A stretch of DNA of 62,106 bases, filler included. It is 6 parts of 6 records of this genome, joined end to end, with 100 filler letters (N's around TTAATTAATTAA, not from the genome) between each part and the next. Parts side by side here need not be neighbours in the genome. Positions count along the whole stretch, not along the records: positions 12,757 to 34,012 come from SRR20825019_67; positions 34,113 to 45,651 come from SRR20825019_70; 4 more parts are not named here. The stretch is one strand, 5' to 3'. Every line of letters begins with the position of its first letter. Position 1 is the first letter of the stretch. The position numbers and the translations under genes were made by a program. Of this stretch, positions 31,574 to 41,719 are shown piece by piece. The notes beneath the pieces were generated by a model. It worked only from the letters and a program-made list of their open reading frames with translations. It made no database searches and was not told where the DNA came from.

Positions 31574-32215
31574 ATGCATTTCCTATCGCCCATTTTGGAG
31601 AGTTATATTGCCAACAGTTCGGAGGACGAGCCCAAATTATTGCAGGAACTTACCCGAGAAACGCACTTAAAGGTGGTGCAGCCCAGAATGATCACCGGGC
31701 ATTTTCAAGGTAGGGTGTTAAGCATGTTGTCCAAGGTCATCAACCCCAAATATATTTTGGAAATTGGCACCTACACGGGCTATTCGGCCTTGTGTTTGGC
31801 GGAAGGGCTTCAAAAAGATGGGAAACTGCATACCATTGAGGTGAACGAGGAACTCCATGAAATGCAGCGCAGGTATTTTGACAGAAGCGGGTTTGGCCCT
31901 CAAATCAAACAACATATTGGAGATGCACTTGATATTGTTCCCGAGCTTGACCCAACTTTTGACCTTGTTTTTATTGATGCGCAAAAGGTAAACTACGATG
32001 CCTATTTTGAAGCTGTCATCCAAAAAACGAGACCTGGCAGTGTTATTCTTTCTGACAATGTGCTGTGGTCCGGAAAAGTGGTGGAACCGTTACAAAAATC
32101 GGACAGGGCCACTGCTGTATTGCTCGAATACAATCAAAAATTAAAAGAAGATCCTAGAGTGGAAACCGTATTGTTGCCCATTAGGGACGGACTGACGTTG
32201 AGTAGGGTGCTATAA
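31574..32215 (+). CDS. O-methyltransferase (COMT/CCoAOMT-like)
   Basis: ILEIGTYTGYS, FDLVFIDA, DNVLWSG and RDGL motifs. Confidence 0.92.
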   Translation: MHFLSPILESYIANSSEDEPKLLQELTRETHLKVVQPRMITGHFQGRVLSMLSKVINPKYILEIGTYTGYSALCLAEGLQKDGKLHTIEVNEELHEMQRRYFDRSGFGPQIKQHIGDALDIVPELDPTFDLVFIDAQKVNYDAYFEAVIQKTRPGSVILSDNVLWSGKVVEPLQKSDRATAVLLEYNQKLKEDPRVETVLLPIRDGLTLSRVL

Positions 32216-32753
32216 ATCGTTGGTAAATCCAGAAGAAAAGTAATCCGGACAAAATCCCAACTATCATTCCAACGATAATATCAATGGGGAAATGCACGCC
32301 TACGTAAATACGGCTCATGGCAAACAATAGAGGCCAGATAAAAAAGAGGGTCGCCCATTTTACCTTATGTCTTAAAAAGAGAAATACCAATGTGGTTATA
32401 GAAAATGAACTGGAGGCATGGCCAGAGAAAAAGCTATAATCCGTTGGACTTTTCAAAATACGGATCAGGGTGTTGATCTCTTCCGTATTATTGGGCCTTA
32501 GCCTAGCCACCGACACCTTGGTGATATGGGTAATGGCCGTGATAAAGACCACCAAGCCCAGCACGGTGAGAAACTTGTACAAAGCTTCGGTTTTGGAAAA
32601 CTTCAGGTAAAAAAGAAGGAGAAAAAGGATAAATAATGGTATCCAAGTGGAAATATTGGTAACGGTAGACCAGAAAACGTCGTAATCCTCTATGCCCAGT
32701 GCGTTGAGATAAACAAAAGTGTCCCTATCCCATTTGAGCAATTTTTCCAACAT
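32181..32753 (-). CDS. PAP2 family phosphatase
   Basis: K..VARLRP, SFFSGHA and SRIYVGVHFP motifs. Confidence 0.92.
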   Translation of the reverse strand: MLEKLLKWDRDTFVYLNALGIEDYDVFWSTVTNISTWIPLFILFLLLFYLKFSKTEALYKFLTVLGLVVFITAITHITKVSVARLRPNNTEEINTLIRILKSPTDYSFFSGHASSSFSITTLVFLFLRHKVKWATLFFIWPLLFAMSRIYVGVHFPIDIIVGMIVGILSGLLFFWIYQRFIAPYSTSVRP

Positions 32754-32759
32754 AGAATT

Positions 32760-33035
32760 CTACTTGTTCAGATCTCTTTTGATGGAACCGGAAACTTCGT
32801 TCACATTCTTCTTTACATCGTCGATTTCCTTACGGATGTTCTTTGTGAAATCGGTATCCACATCATCCGCACTTTTCTGTATTTCCCGTTTAATATCGTC
32901 CGTTGCGTCCTTAAGTTGACGCATTCCTTTCCCGAGGCCCTTGGCGATACCGGGAATCTTGTCCGCACCAAACACCATCACCACTATAAATAGGATGAAA
33001 AAAATCTCGGCTCCACTAATAAATAGAAATTGCAT
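32760..33035 (-). CDS. tatA: Twin-arginine translocase TatA/TatB subunit
   Basis: TM segment followed by FGADKIP and an amphipathic helix. Confidence 0.88.
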   Translation of the reverse strand: MQFLFISGAEIFFILFIVVMVFGADKIPGIAKGLGKGMRQLKDATDDIKREIQKSADDVDTDFTKNIRKEIDDVKKNVNEVSGSIKRDLNK

Positions 33036-33068
33036 GGCACAAATATAATCAGAACTTCATTCCAAAAT

Positions 33069-33099
33069 AAAAAAAGCCCCGTGAAATCACGGGGCTCTT
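33069..33099 (-). terminator. Intrinsic terminator of the M1 peptidase gene
   Basis: AGCCCCGTGA-AA-TCACGGGGCT stem with an A-run on + (U tail on -). Confidence 0.8.
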
Positions 33100-33115
33100 A
33101 ACATAGTTTTTTATG

Positions 33116-34012
33116 TTACCTGTCTCCTTTGATATTTTCCTTGAATTTATCAAAGTCGGACTTCTCGTCTTTCTTGGGCCAAGCGTTGTTGGTAGTGTCG
33201 ATATCCGCAGTTTCCAATTTTGGATCTACTACAATCCCCACCAATTCTTTTTGGGTGGCCATTACCCGTTTTACCTCAGCATCGTTCTTTCTCCAGATTT
33301 CTGGTGGATACGTGATGTTCTCGGTAGTTCCATCCGCGTAGGTATACTCTACGATCAATGGCATTGGTATTCCTCCTGGCTTATCAAAAGTGATCTCGTA
33401 AAAATACTTTGGCTCCTTGACCTGGGCTCTTTCGGCTTCGGTCATGTTATCCATCATAAATTCCTTAAGGTTTTTGGAAGTCTCGGTCGGGGATTTTCCT
33501 TTTAGCTCCGGAGCAAAGTCCTCACTATCTTCCTCGGCCAAATATACCAATGGTGGTAGGTCGGCTTCGGTAAGGTTTCTATCGGCCATATATTTTTCCA
33601 TTTCCTTGGTAGGCTTGTTGGACACATAGTATTTTTTAACACCGGATACACCGATATCTACATAATCGGTAGTGTAGAACCAGCTTCTCCAGAACCAATC
33701 CAAATCCACTGCGGAAGCATCTTCCATGGTGCGGAAGAAATCCTCTGGGGTCGGATGCTTGAACATCCAACGTTGGGCGTAGGTTTGGAAAGCATGATCG
33801 AACAATTCTTCTCCCATTACGGTTTCCCTTAAGATATTAAGTGCCGTTGCCGGTTTACCGTAGGCGTTTGGACCCAATTGATACACATTTTCCGGGTTGG
33901 ACATGATAGGGGAAATGTAACTTTGGTCTCCTGCCATATAAAGCACAATATCCGCTGCTTTTCCTCTTCTTGATGGATATTCGCTGTTGGGGGCTATCAC
34001 TTCAGGCTAGTT
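33116..34012 (-). CDS. M1 family aminopeptidase, C-terminal part
   Basis: NAYGKPATALNILRE, FKHPTPEDFF and DLDWFWRSW motifs; 5' truncated. Confidence 0.9.
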
Positions 34013-34112
34013 NNNNNNNNNNNNNNNNNNNNNNNNNNNNNNNNNNNNNNNNNNNNTTAATTAATTAANNNNNNNNNNNNNNNNNNNNNNNNNNNNNNNN
34101 NNNNNNNNNNNN
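34013..34112. other. Artificial contig spacer
   Basis: N44-TTAATTAATTAA-N44. Confidence 0.98.
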
Positions 34113-34176
34113 ATCGCAGAATGGGACGATCAGGGTAATTTGTTGACCTAGAAAAAAATAGCTTCATGAAATTTGG

Positions 34177-34210
34177 AAAGCCCACATCGCATTCAAGATG
34201 TGGGCTTTTT
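34177..34210 (+). terminator. Intrinsic terminator after a truncated upstream gene (..IAEWDDQGNLLT*)
   Basis: AAAGCCCACATC...GATGTGGGCTTTTT. Confidence 0.8.
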
Positions 34211-34310
34211 AATGGATAGAATCATCAGAACCTCTTTTGAATTGATTTGTGTTTGTCCGATTATTGTTCAACGCAATTATTATCTTAAAATGTTTTAAAT
34301 ATCAATATAA

Positions 34311-35111
34311 ATGAACGTAGTCAGCTATAGTCCCCAAAAACCTTTCGATTCATTTTTTAGGGAATGCTACTACATCCATATAAACAAGGAAAAGGCAAAT
34401 CGCCGCATTCCAGTTATCGATGATTGCTGTTATGATTTTGTGTTTTTCAAAGAAACCAAAGGTGTTTTTCATTTCGGCCCTGATCATAATTGTACCTCTA
34501 TTGACAGTAGTATTTTTACCATTCATGATGTTGCGCCGCCATACCGAATTGAGGCAGCTGACTCACTGACTTTTTTCACCATCAAATTACAGCCATGGGC
34601 AAACGCTTATTTCTTCTCAACATTGAAAAACTCCGGAGTAGTAGATATAAGTCATCTCGATGCAAATTTGATTTCGCTTCATGAACAAGTTTTCAGAACA
34701 AATGAAGTGACCGAAAAATTCTCTTTGGCAGAGGAATTCATGACTCAGAACACGATGGAACCAACTCCCTCCATGGCGTTGGTTCGCGACATTTGTGAAT
34801 ATATCTATGCTAAACAGGGTAAAGTTACCGTGAATGAGTTAAGCCATCAATTTGAGCGTTCCAGGCAATACTTGGGTAAAACCTTTAAAAAAGAAGTGAT
34901 GTACAGTCTTAAGAGATTCATCGTTACCGTACGAATATTGGACTTGGTCAAATTCAAGGCTAAAAACCCGGATATTTCACTCACGGAGCTCAGCTATGAC
35001 TATGGTTATTTTGACCAACCTCATTTCATCAATGACTTTAAAAAGATTTGTGGGGTCGCACCTCAACAGTTTTTCAATAATCTGCCAGAGTTTTTAATGC
35101 GCCATCAATAG
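34311..35111 (+). CDS. AraC family transcriptional regulator
   Basis: C-terminal HTH YGYFDQPHFINDFKKICG. Confidence 0.9.
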   Translation: MNVVSYSPQKPFDSFFRECYYIHINKEKANRRIPVIDDCCYDFVFFKETKGVFHFGPDHNCTSIDSSIFTIHDVAPPYRIEAADSLTFFTIKLQPWANAYFFSTLKNSGVVDISHLDANLISLHEQVFRTNEVTEKFSLAEEFMTQNTMEPTPSMALVRDICEYIYAKQGKVTVNELSHQFERSRQYLGKTFKKEVMYSLKRFIVTVRILDLVKFKAKNPDISLTELSYDYGYFDQPHFINDFKKICGVAPQQFFNNLPEFLMRHQ

Positions 35112-35171
35112 GGTTTCCATTTTTACAATTAAATTACCGTAGGTTGTAGGTTCTTTGCATAAAAGGAAAAC

Positions 35172-36485
35172 ATGAGGTATTTTTTGTTCATTTTTGGAAT
35201 GATGGTGTTCGTGGCCTGTGGTCAAAATTCAATCCAAAAGGAAAAAACGGTTTCAACTAAGTTAGCGTATGTCCGTGATTCACTGGATACCTATTTCACT
35301 AAGTTAACGGAATTACGAAAGTTCAACGGAGTAGTGCTGGCATATAAGAATGATACACTTTTGCTGGATAAGGCGTATAATTTGAGCGCGCAACCCAATA
35401 ACATGGCCTATGTGACCACAAATCATCAGTTTGATATCCATTCCGTTTCCAAATTGATGGCCTATTATTTGGTTGCCCAATTGGAGTTGGAAGGAAAGCT
35501 TTCCATTGATCAGACCTTGGATACTTATTTTGATGGTTTTTCCAAAGGGAACGAGATAACCTTGAAAATGCTCTTGGAACATAAGTCTGGTCTGCCCAGG
35601 GAATTGATTGGTTTTGAGGGTGAGGAATACCTACTGACATCTGATGAAATACTGGAATTGTCCAAAGAACAAAAACTATTGTTTCAACCTGGGACGGATG
35701 TGCAATATTCCAATGTTGGGTATGAAATATTGTACTGTATAGTGTCTAAAATATATGGAAAATCATTCTCTCAATGTGTGGTCGACGAAATTTTTGAACC
35801 GTTGGGAATGGATTCTAGCGGAGCTCACTTTTTTGTTGAAAAAAATCGAGTGAAACTGATGGCGCAGAATCATGTGTTTAAAGATGATGCTTTGGAACCG
35901 GTTGATAATATACAGAAAGATGAATTCCGAAGCGCACGTCTTTTTTCAACGGCCAAGGACCTCAAAAAATTTATGGATCACATCAAGCAGGAACCATACG
36001 CTTCATTTTTGATGGATAAATATGGAGTTATTGCAAAAGATGGTGGTTCCAAAGGTATCCGGGCTCAGGTGTACAGTGATTTAGAAAACCATTTTGATTT
36101 TGTATTGCTCGCTAATTATGATGGAATGCCCTTTTTTGATACCATTGATGATATGGTCAAATTGATGAAGTCAGAACCTGTAGATTACCCGAAAGAAATT
36201 AACAGAGTCGCCATTCAGGTTGATGAAGAAGTGCTCCAAGAGTACACAGGAGCTTATACTTTTGCCGATTTTGACGGGTTGGTTTTGGAGATTAAAATTG
36301 AGGGTGACCATTTGATTGTTTTACAGGAAGATGAAAAAGTAGGAGAGTTGAAGGCAGAAAGCCTTACGGTATTTTTTGAAGATCCCAAGTCGGCCGAGTC
36401 CTTTGAGTTCATTCTAAACGAATCTGGTACCTACGATGCCTTAATGGGTTGGAAGGGTATTATTGTTGAAGGTAAAAGGAAGTAA
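35172..36485 (+). CDS. Serine hydrolase (beta-lactamase class C-like) lipoprotein
   Basis: SVSK (SxxK), LLEHKSGL and YSN motifs; lipobox FVAC. Confidence 0.88.
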   Translation: MRYFLFIFGMMVFVACGQNSIQKEKTVSTKLAYVRDSLDTYFTKLTELRKFNGVVLAYKNDTLLLDKAYNLSAQPNNMAYVTTNHQFDIHSVSKLMAYYLVAQLELEGKLSIDQTLDTYFDGFSKGNEITLKMLLEHKSGLPRELIGFEGEEYLLTSDEILELSKEQKLLFQPGTDVQYSNVGYEILYCIVSKIYGKSFSQCVVDEIFEPLGMDSSGAHFFVEKNRVKLMAQNHVFKDDALEPVDNIQKDEFRSARLFSTAKDLKKFMDHIKQEPYASFLMDKYGVIAKDGGSKGIRAQVYSDLENHFDFVLLANYDGMPFFDTIDDMVKLMKSEPVDYPKEINRVAIQVDEEVLQEYTGAYTFADFDGLVLEIKIEGDHLIVLQEDEKVGELKAESLTVFFEDPKSAESFEFILNESGTYDALMGWKGIIVEGKRK

Positions 36486-36493
36486 AAAGGGAA

Positions 36494-37396
36494 TTACTTG
36501 TTCAATTCACTATAGGGCACAAAAAGAATATTGTATTTTTTGGCGTAGGTGTAGGTAAATTGAGCCCCAAAGAATAAAATCATGCAGGAATAAGAAACCC
36601 ATAATAGAACCAACACAATGGCACCAGCAGCGCCATAGGTAGAGCCGGGGTTGGCCTCTCCAAAATAAAGGCCCAAGAGAAATTTACCTATCACAAATAA
36701 AATGGCAGTAATAAAGGCCCCGAACCAAACTGCTCGCCATTTGATCTTGGCATCGGGCAGGAATTTGAACATAAGAGCGAACATTACGGTGATTATACCT
36801 AAAGATGACATGATGTCCACCAAGTATGCAAGGTATACAGCAGCTTCCGAAATGAAACTTTTAAGATAATCGTTAAGGGCCGTAATGGCGGCGGTTAAGA
36901 TAAAACTGATCAGTAATAAAAATCCGATTACCAGAATAAAGGCAAAACTCTTGGCCCGCTCCGAAACCAATTTCCAAAAGTTGAATCCGGGAGAGCCAGA
37001 AATACGCCATATCTCGTTCAGGGATATTTTCAGTTGGTAAAATACTCCAGTGGCACCAAAAAGTAAGGTCGAGATACCAATAATTGTGGAGATTAAATTT
37101 TTATCCTTGTTTTGGGTGTCCTCAATAATTTCCTGAATCGTCTCGGCCGCGTTCGGTCCCAAAGCAATGGCAAACTCCTTGGTCAATCTGCCTTCAACGA
37201 TGTCCACGCCCCAAATGGCACCTACCACATTGATGATGATTACCAACAGGGCGGGTAAGGACAGTACGGCATAGTAAGCGACCACTGCGCTCAGACGCCA
37301 TGGGTTGGCTTTGCTCCAAGCTTTAAAAGTGTCCGCAAAGAGATGCGGGAAATCCTTCAACTTAAAACGCTTGGCGTATGTATATCCTTCTTTCAA
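36494..37396 (-). CDS. YihY/virulence factor BrkB family membrane protein
   Basis: SAVVAYYAVLSLP and STYGAAGAIVLVLLWV motifs. Confidence 0.92.
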   Translation of the reverse strand: MKEGYTYAKRFKLKDFPHLFADTFKAWSKANPWRLSAVVAYYAVLSLPALLVIIINVVGAIWGVDIVEGRLTKEFAIALGPNAAETIQEIIEDTQNKDKNLISTIIGISTLLFGATGVFYQLKISLNEIWRISGSPGFNFWKLVSERAKSFAFILVIGFLLLISFILTAAITALNDYLKSFISEAAVYLAYLVDIMSSLGIITVMFALMFKFLPDAKIKWRAVWFGAFITAILFVIGKFLLGLYFGEANPGSTYGAAGAIVLVLLWVSYSCMILFFGAQFTYTYAKKYNILFVPYSELNK

Positions 37397-37497
37397 ACGA
37401 TAAAATTAGATGGTACAAAAGCTATTAAGGAATGAATTTAATCGTTCTTGGAACCAAGAATTGCTCGAAAAGCAATAATTGTTGACTGAATAGAAAC

Positions 37498-37533
37498 AAA
37501 AAACCCTATAAACATTGTGTTTACAGGGTTTTT
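37498..37533 (-). terminator. Terminator downstream of the tRNA 3' fragment
   Basis: AAACCCTATAAACA/TGTTTACAGGGTTT; the A-C mismatch on + is a G-U pair on -, with a U tail on -. Confidence 0.7.
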
Positions 37534-37534
37534 C

Positions 37535-37550
37535 TGTACTCGAGGCGGAA
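37535..37550 (-). other. att core: duplicated 3' end of a tRNA (tRNA-Leu-like)
   Basis: The - strand reads TTCCGCCTCGAGTACA, resembling a Flavobacteriaceae tRNA-Leu 3' end; no full tRNA body; about 190 bp from the integrase. Confidence 0.65.
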
Positions 37551-37688
37551 ACACTAAATTGCAATTTCATATCTTTCCAAACTTACAGTAAACACAGAAG
37601 ATACTTCTGTAAATACAATGATATAAATACTTTACAAAGATATGACAGATTTGTAAAGATTGTATAATGTTGCATTATATTGTTGATG

Positions 37689-37718
37689 ACCGTACAAAAT
37701 CTCATACATTTGTACGGT
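37689..37718. promoter_or_regulatory. Inverted repeat overlapping the integrase -7 promoter element
   Basis: ACCGTACAAA-N10-TTTGTACGGT; TACATTTG (37705-37712) matches TAnnTTTG. Confidence 0.65.
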
Positions 37719-37736
37719 TAATTTTGTATTTCGATT

Positions 37737-39047
37737 ATGGCAACTCTTAATTTCCTTTACCGCTCCACTAAAGAAAACGAATGCTTGAACGTTCGTTTAT
37801 TATTTAGATATAATGACGTTGATTATACGCAGGGAGCAAAAACCAAACTGCTAATTTACTCGTATGATGAACTAGTTGAAAATCCTAAATTAAGCGGAAA
37901 GCACTATTGGAAAAAGTTGCACGGGAAAACAAAAGCTAAAGACATTGACTTACTGAATAAGCAAACGGAGATTAACTCCAAGCTGAACGAAATAACTAAC
38001 TATATCCTCAAAGCGTTTCAATTAACAGGGGGCGAAACGGTCTCAAATGATGCCAGTTGGTTGAAAGACACCCTAGAGATGTATTACAACCCTCCCAAAG
38101 CTGTTAGCACCCTCCCTACTAAGCTTGTAACTTTCTTTGACTATTACATTGATAAAAGAGGTGCAGAAATGACAGAGCATCGGATTAGGAATATTAAGGT
38201 AACAAAACACAAGCTTGAAAAATTGGAGAGCAAGCTAAGGAGGAAAATCAATGTCGCTGATGTTAACGAGAATTTCAAAAATGATTTTGTGGATTATTGT
38301 ACACTGAATTCTTATGCGCCTAATACTCAACAAAGAGAACTTTCGTTAATTAAAACTGTTTGCCGCTATGCAAGGTATCTGGGGTTGGAAACACATCCAC
38401 AAATGGACACTCTGAAAATTGCGGGGAGCATTACACATAGTGTTTATTTAAACGAAAATGAAATTGATGCAATCCGGGATGTGGAACTTGAACTTGATTA
38501 TTTGGACAATGCAAGGGACTGGTTGCTGATTAGCTGCAATGTAGGGCAGAGGGTCAGTGATTTCATGCGCTTTAGTCCTAAAATGATTAGGATAGAGGAA
38601 GGCAAACATTTGTTAGAGTTCAAGCAAAAGAAAACGAAAAAACTAATGACAATCCCGTTGTCAAAGGAAGTTCGTGAGATTTTAAAGAAACATGATGGAA
38701 ATTTCCCTAGAGCTACCTCAAGTCAGAAATACAACAATTACATTAAAGAAGTTTGCAGGCTAGCAGGGATTAACGAAATGGTCGATGGCAAAAGGCGAAT
38801 TTGCATAGCCCCCGAGGGAGTAAAGCCAACTAAAAACCATTATAGGGATGTTAAGGGAAAGTTTGAAAAATGGGAATTGGTTAGCTCGCACATTGGAAGG
38901 CGTTCTTTCGCCACGAACTATTACGGCAGAGTGCCAACCACTTTTTTAATCAATATCACCGGCCATAGTTCAGAAAAAATGTTTCTCAATTATATCAAGA
39001 AAAGCAATAAAGATCTAGCTATAGAAAGCTATGATTATTTCAACTAA
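37737..39047 (+). CDS. Tyrosine integrase (Bacteroidetes type)
   Basis: GQRVSD, QKKT, SSHIGRRSFAT and GHS...FLNY catalytic residues. Confidence 0.95.
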   Translation: MATLNFLYRSTKENECLNVRLLFRYNDVDYTQGAKTKLLIYSYDELVENPKLSGKHYWKKLHGKTKAKDIDLLNKQTEINSKLNEITNYILKAFQLTGGETVSNDASWLKDTLEMYYNPPKAVSTLPTKLVTFFDYYIDKRGAEMTEHRIRNIKVTKHKLEKLESKLRRKINVADVNENFKNDFVDYCTLNSYAPNTQQRELSLIKTVCRYARYLGLETHPQMDTLKIAGSITHSVYLNENEIDAIRDVELELDYLDNARDWLLISCNVGQRVSDFMRFSPKMIRIEEGKHLLEFKQKKTKKLMTIPLSKEVREILKKHDGNFPRATSSQKYNNYIKEVCRLAGINEMVDGKRRICIAPEGVKPTKNHYRDVKGKFEKWELVSSHIGRRSFATNYYGRVPTTFLINITGHSSEKMFLNYIKKSNKDLAIESYDYFN

Positions 39048-39055
39048 TAAACAGT

Positions 39056-39862
39056 ATGGAAGAAAATAAGAAACCCTTGTCAAGGGAAGAAATTGAAATA
39101 AGCAATATTGTTGGGGTTGATAGTACTATATACGGAAAAGACAAAATCATTAACCTGAATACATTAATCCATAAAATCAATTCTGATTATAAATTTATTC
39201 AAGCAAATTTCGAGGATAGCTTGACTATTAATTATTTAAAGTACCAGTGCTTTTTGTTGGAAGAGTTTATTTTAGATGCCCAAGAATACGCCGATGTAAC
39301 CAATGTAACCGAAAAACGGAAGAAGGCCTTGATAGGGAACATTAAAGGGGCTAGGGAAATACAAGAACGTTTCGAAAACGTTCTTATTGAGCTTGGAACT
39401 TTTAGGGATATTGATAATGAAAATGAACTTTTTGCCGCTTTTGACTTCAATCTAGATAGTGATAATTCGGGTAATATTATAAATTCAAAACCGAATCTAG
39501 TTCATGGCAATAAATGTAAAGATAAAGCAAAAACTTTTCCCACTAATTATAAGGAGGAAGCCGCTCTAAAAATTGCTCAAAAAGACCTTACCGCTTATTT
39601 AACTCGCGATGAAAATGGAATAAAGTATGGAAGTTCCTCTGAAATATGCAAAGAATTAGGGCTTGATTCGTCTAAACATGGCAAATACATTACAGGAACA
39701 TTAAATCAATATAAACCTGATGCCACAAGTGGAAATGGTAGTAAGAATATTTTCAATGATTCTAAGTTACTGCCGAAGGTTGTGAAGCATTGTGATGATA
39801 ATAACATCCAAATCACACCCTATTTTCAAAAAAAACTTGACCTTTCCAATTCTAAACTATAA
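39056..39862 (+). CDS. Hypothetical protein, possible C-terminal HTH
   Basis: 268-aa ORF 8 bp after the integrase; SSEICKELGLDS helix pattern. Confidence 0.65.
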   Translation: MEENKKPLSREEIEISNIVGVDSTIYGKDKIINLNTLIHKINSDYKFIQANFEDSLTINYLKYQCFLLEEFILDAQEYADVTNVTEKRKKALIGNIKGAREIQERFENVLIELGTFRDIDNENELFAAFDFNLDSDNSGNIINSKPNLVHGNKCKDKAKTFPTNYKEEAALKIAQKDLTAYLTRDENGIKYGSSSEICKELGLDSSKHGKYITGTLNQYKPDATSGNGSKNIFNDSKLLPKVVKHCDDNNIQITPYFQKKLDLSNSKL

Positions 39863-39871
39863 TATTAAATC

Positions 39872-39910
39872 TTGGTACTGAAGCAGTACTGTACTGCACA
39901 ATAGTACCAA
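39872..39910. promoter_or_regulatory. Nested palindromes upstream of the excisionase
   Basis: TTGGTACT...AGTACCAA enclosing GCAGTAC-T-GTACTGC. Confidence 0.55.
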
Positions 39911-39956
39911 TCTATATCAAATAAGTTTACGGTGTTAATTGCTAAAACTTAGAGAT

Positions 39957-40241
39957 ATGGAATCACTTCAATTCATTTCTACCACTCCTGAAAAATTAGC
40001 TAATCTAATAAGTGAAGGAGTTAGGTTGGAACTTCAAGAATTACGCAAAGAACTTCTTCAAGAAAATGCGAATGACGAATTATTAACCCGTGATGAAACG
40101 TGTGAACTTTTGTCCATAAATCCAAGCACGCTTTGGGCTTGGACCAATAAAGGTAAGATAAAAGCTTACGGTATTTCAGGGAGTCGGCGTTACTACAAGC
40201 GCTCTGAAATAATGGATGCCTTGAAACTGCTTAAAAAATAA
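39957..40241 (+). CDS. Excisionase / HTH_17 DNA-binding protein
   Basis: LLTRDETCELLSINPSTLWAWTNKGKI..RRYYKRSEI. Confidence 0.9.
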   Translation: MESLQFISTTPEKLANLISEGVRLELQELRKELLQENANDELLTRDETCELLSINPSTLWAWTNKGKIKAYGISGSRRYYKRSEIMDALKLLKK

Positions 40242-40246
40242 AAGCC

Positions 40247-41695
40247 ATGAGTGAAAAGACACCGCATGGCTCAAAATCTAATTCTAAAGGCAAGAATAAA
40301 GGTAAGACAAAAAAGTTTTGGTCACCTCTCAATAAAGCCAACGGACAACCAAGCTATCAAATTAACCGAGCCTTACTTAGTGATTTTCTAAAAGATTCAG
40401 GTTATAGAAGAATTTCTTTATTCGGCGAAGACCTAATCGTCCAGTTAATCGACAATATTGTCTATGAGAAGTCACCAGATGATGTATATCGAAACCTTCT
40501 TGAAGTCATAGAAGGGGAAGAAAACGATATTCTAAGAAGCTGTTATATCGAGCAAGGTGAAAACCTGCTTTTGTCAAAAAGAGCAATATTGACTGGTTTG
40601 CCCATCGTTTCCCTAAAACGGTATAAGGACACAAAAAAGTGCGTAACCCTATTTTTCAAAAACTGTATTGTAAAGATCGATGATAAAGAGATTAAGCAGC
40701 AAACATATAAGCAGTTCCGAAAAAAGAAAAGATACATAACAGCGAGTAAAATTATCGAAAGGAATTTTGCCTTGAACAATGGCTCAAGATGTGATTTTAA
40801 TAGGTTCTTGGAACTAATAACCAATGACAAGGAACATTTTAAAAGTATCTGTTCTGCTATCGGTTACCTTGTATCTAGCTATAAGAATCCTTCTTTGGCT
40901 AAAGCAGTTGTCATTACTGACATATTAAGCCAAGTTAAAAACGAAGCCTACGGTAGGTCTGGGAAAGGATTAATCATAAAGGCTTTGTCCCATGTAATCA
41001 ATGTTGTCGAATACAATGGTAAAGTAACCGACCTTACACATGATAAATTCGTTTTTCAGAACGTCAATTCCACAACCGACATAATTGTTCTACAAGATGT
41101 TACCAAAGGCTTTTTGTTCGAGAGCCTGTTCTCTACGCTAACAGATAACATGAGCATTGAACGAAAACATCGCTCCAAAATCAGTATTCCTTTCTCGGAT
41201 AGTCCTAAGGTTGCCTTAACGACGAATTACACGATACCTCAGGAGACCGACAGTTTTAAGGACAGAAAACACATGTTGACCTTAAACAACTTTTTCAATG
41301 CACAGAACAAGCCTGAAAAACACTTTAAGGGGCTGTTATTCGATTGGAATAAAAAGCAATGGTCAAAGTTCGACAATTTCATAGCCCAATGCGTTCAATT
41401 GTTCCTTAAAGAAGGTCTTTTGGAATACGATAGCGCAGAGCTAAAAATTCAAAAATTGATAAATCTCACCTCAAAGGAATTTGTGGAGTTGATGGAGGAA
41501 GAGTATGATGTCCTTGATGGTTATTTCAGTTTGAAAAAGATAGCAGCAAGGGTAGAGGTTGGAACTAGTGAACCAAGGTCTAAAGGCAAAATAATTGCCA
41601 AATGGGTTGAATCGTATGCCGCTTTCAAAGGGTACAAAGTGGACAGGAGACAAAGTGGCGGAATAGTCAAAATATGCTTTTTGAAAGCTGTTTGA
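40247..41695 (+). CDS. Primase-associated P-loop helicase (replication protein)
   Basis: Walker A GRSGKG, Walker B-like IIVLQD, and ALTTNY motif C; no N-terminal primase domain is evident. Confidence 0.8.
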   Translation: MSEKTPHGSKSNSKGKNKGKTKKFWSPLNKANGQPSYQINRALLSDFLKDSGYRRISLFGEDLIVQLIDNIVYEKSPDDVYRNLLEVIEGEENDILRSCYIEQGENLLLSKRAILTGLPIVSLKRYKDTKKCVTLFFKNCIVKIDDKEIKQQTYKQFRKKKRYITASKIIERNFALNNGSRCDFNRFLELITNDKEHFKSICSAIGYLVSSYKNPSLAKAVVITDILSQVKNEAYGRSGKGLIIKALSHVINVVEYNGKVTDLTHDKFVFQNVNSTTDIIVLQDVTKGFLFESLFSTLTDNMSIERKHRSKISIPFSDSPKVALTTNYTIPQETDSFKDRKHMLTLNNFFNAQNKPEKHFKGLLFDWNKKQWSKFDNFIAQCVQLFLKEGLLEYDSAELKIQKLINLTSKEFVELMEEEYDVLDGYFSLKKIAARVEVGTSEPRSKGKIIAKWVESYAAFKGYKVDRRQSGGIVKICFLKAV

Positions 41696-41719
41696 TACAA
41701 CTAAGCACCTAATGAGAAC

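Noticed and set aside
32181-32215. 35-bp convergent overlap of the O-methyltransferase and PAP2 genes
   Set aside because: Short tail-to-tail overlaps are common in compact genomes
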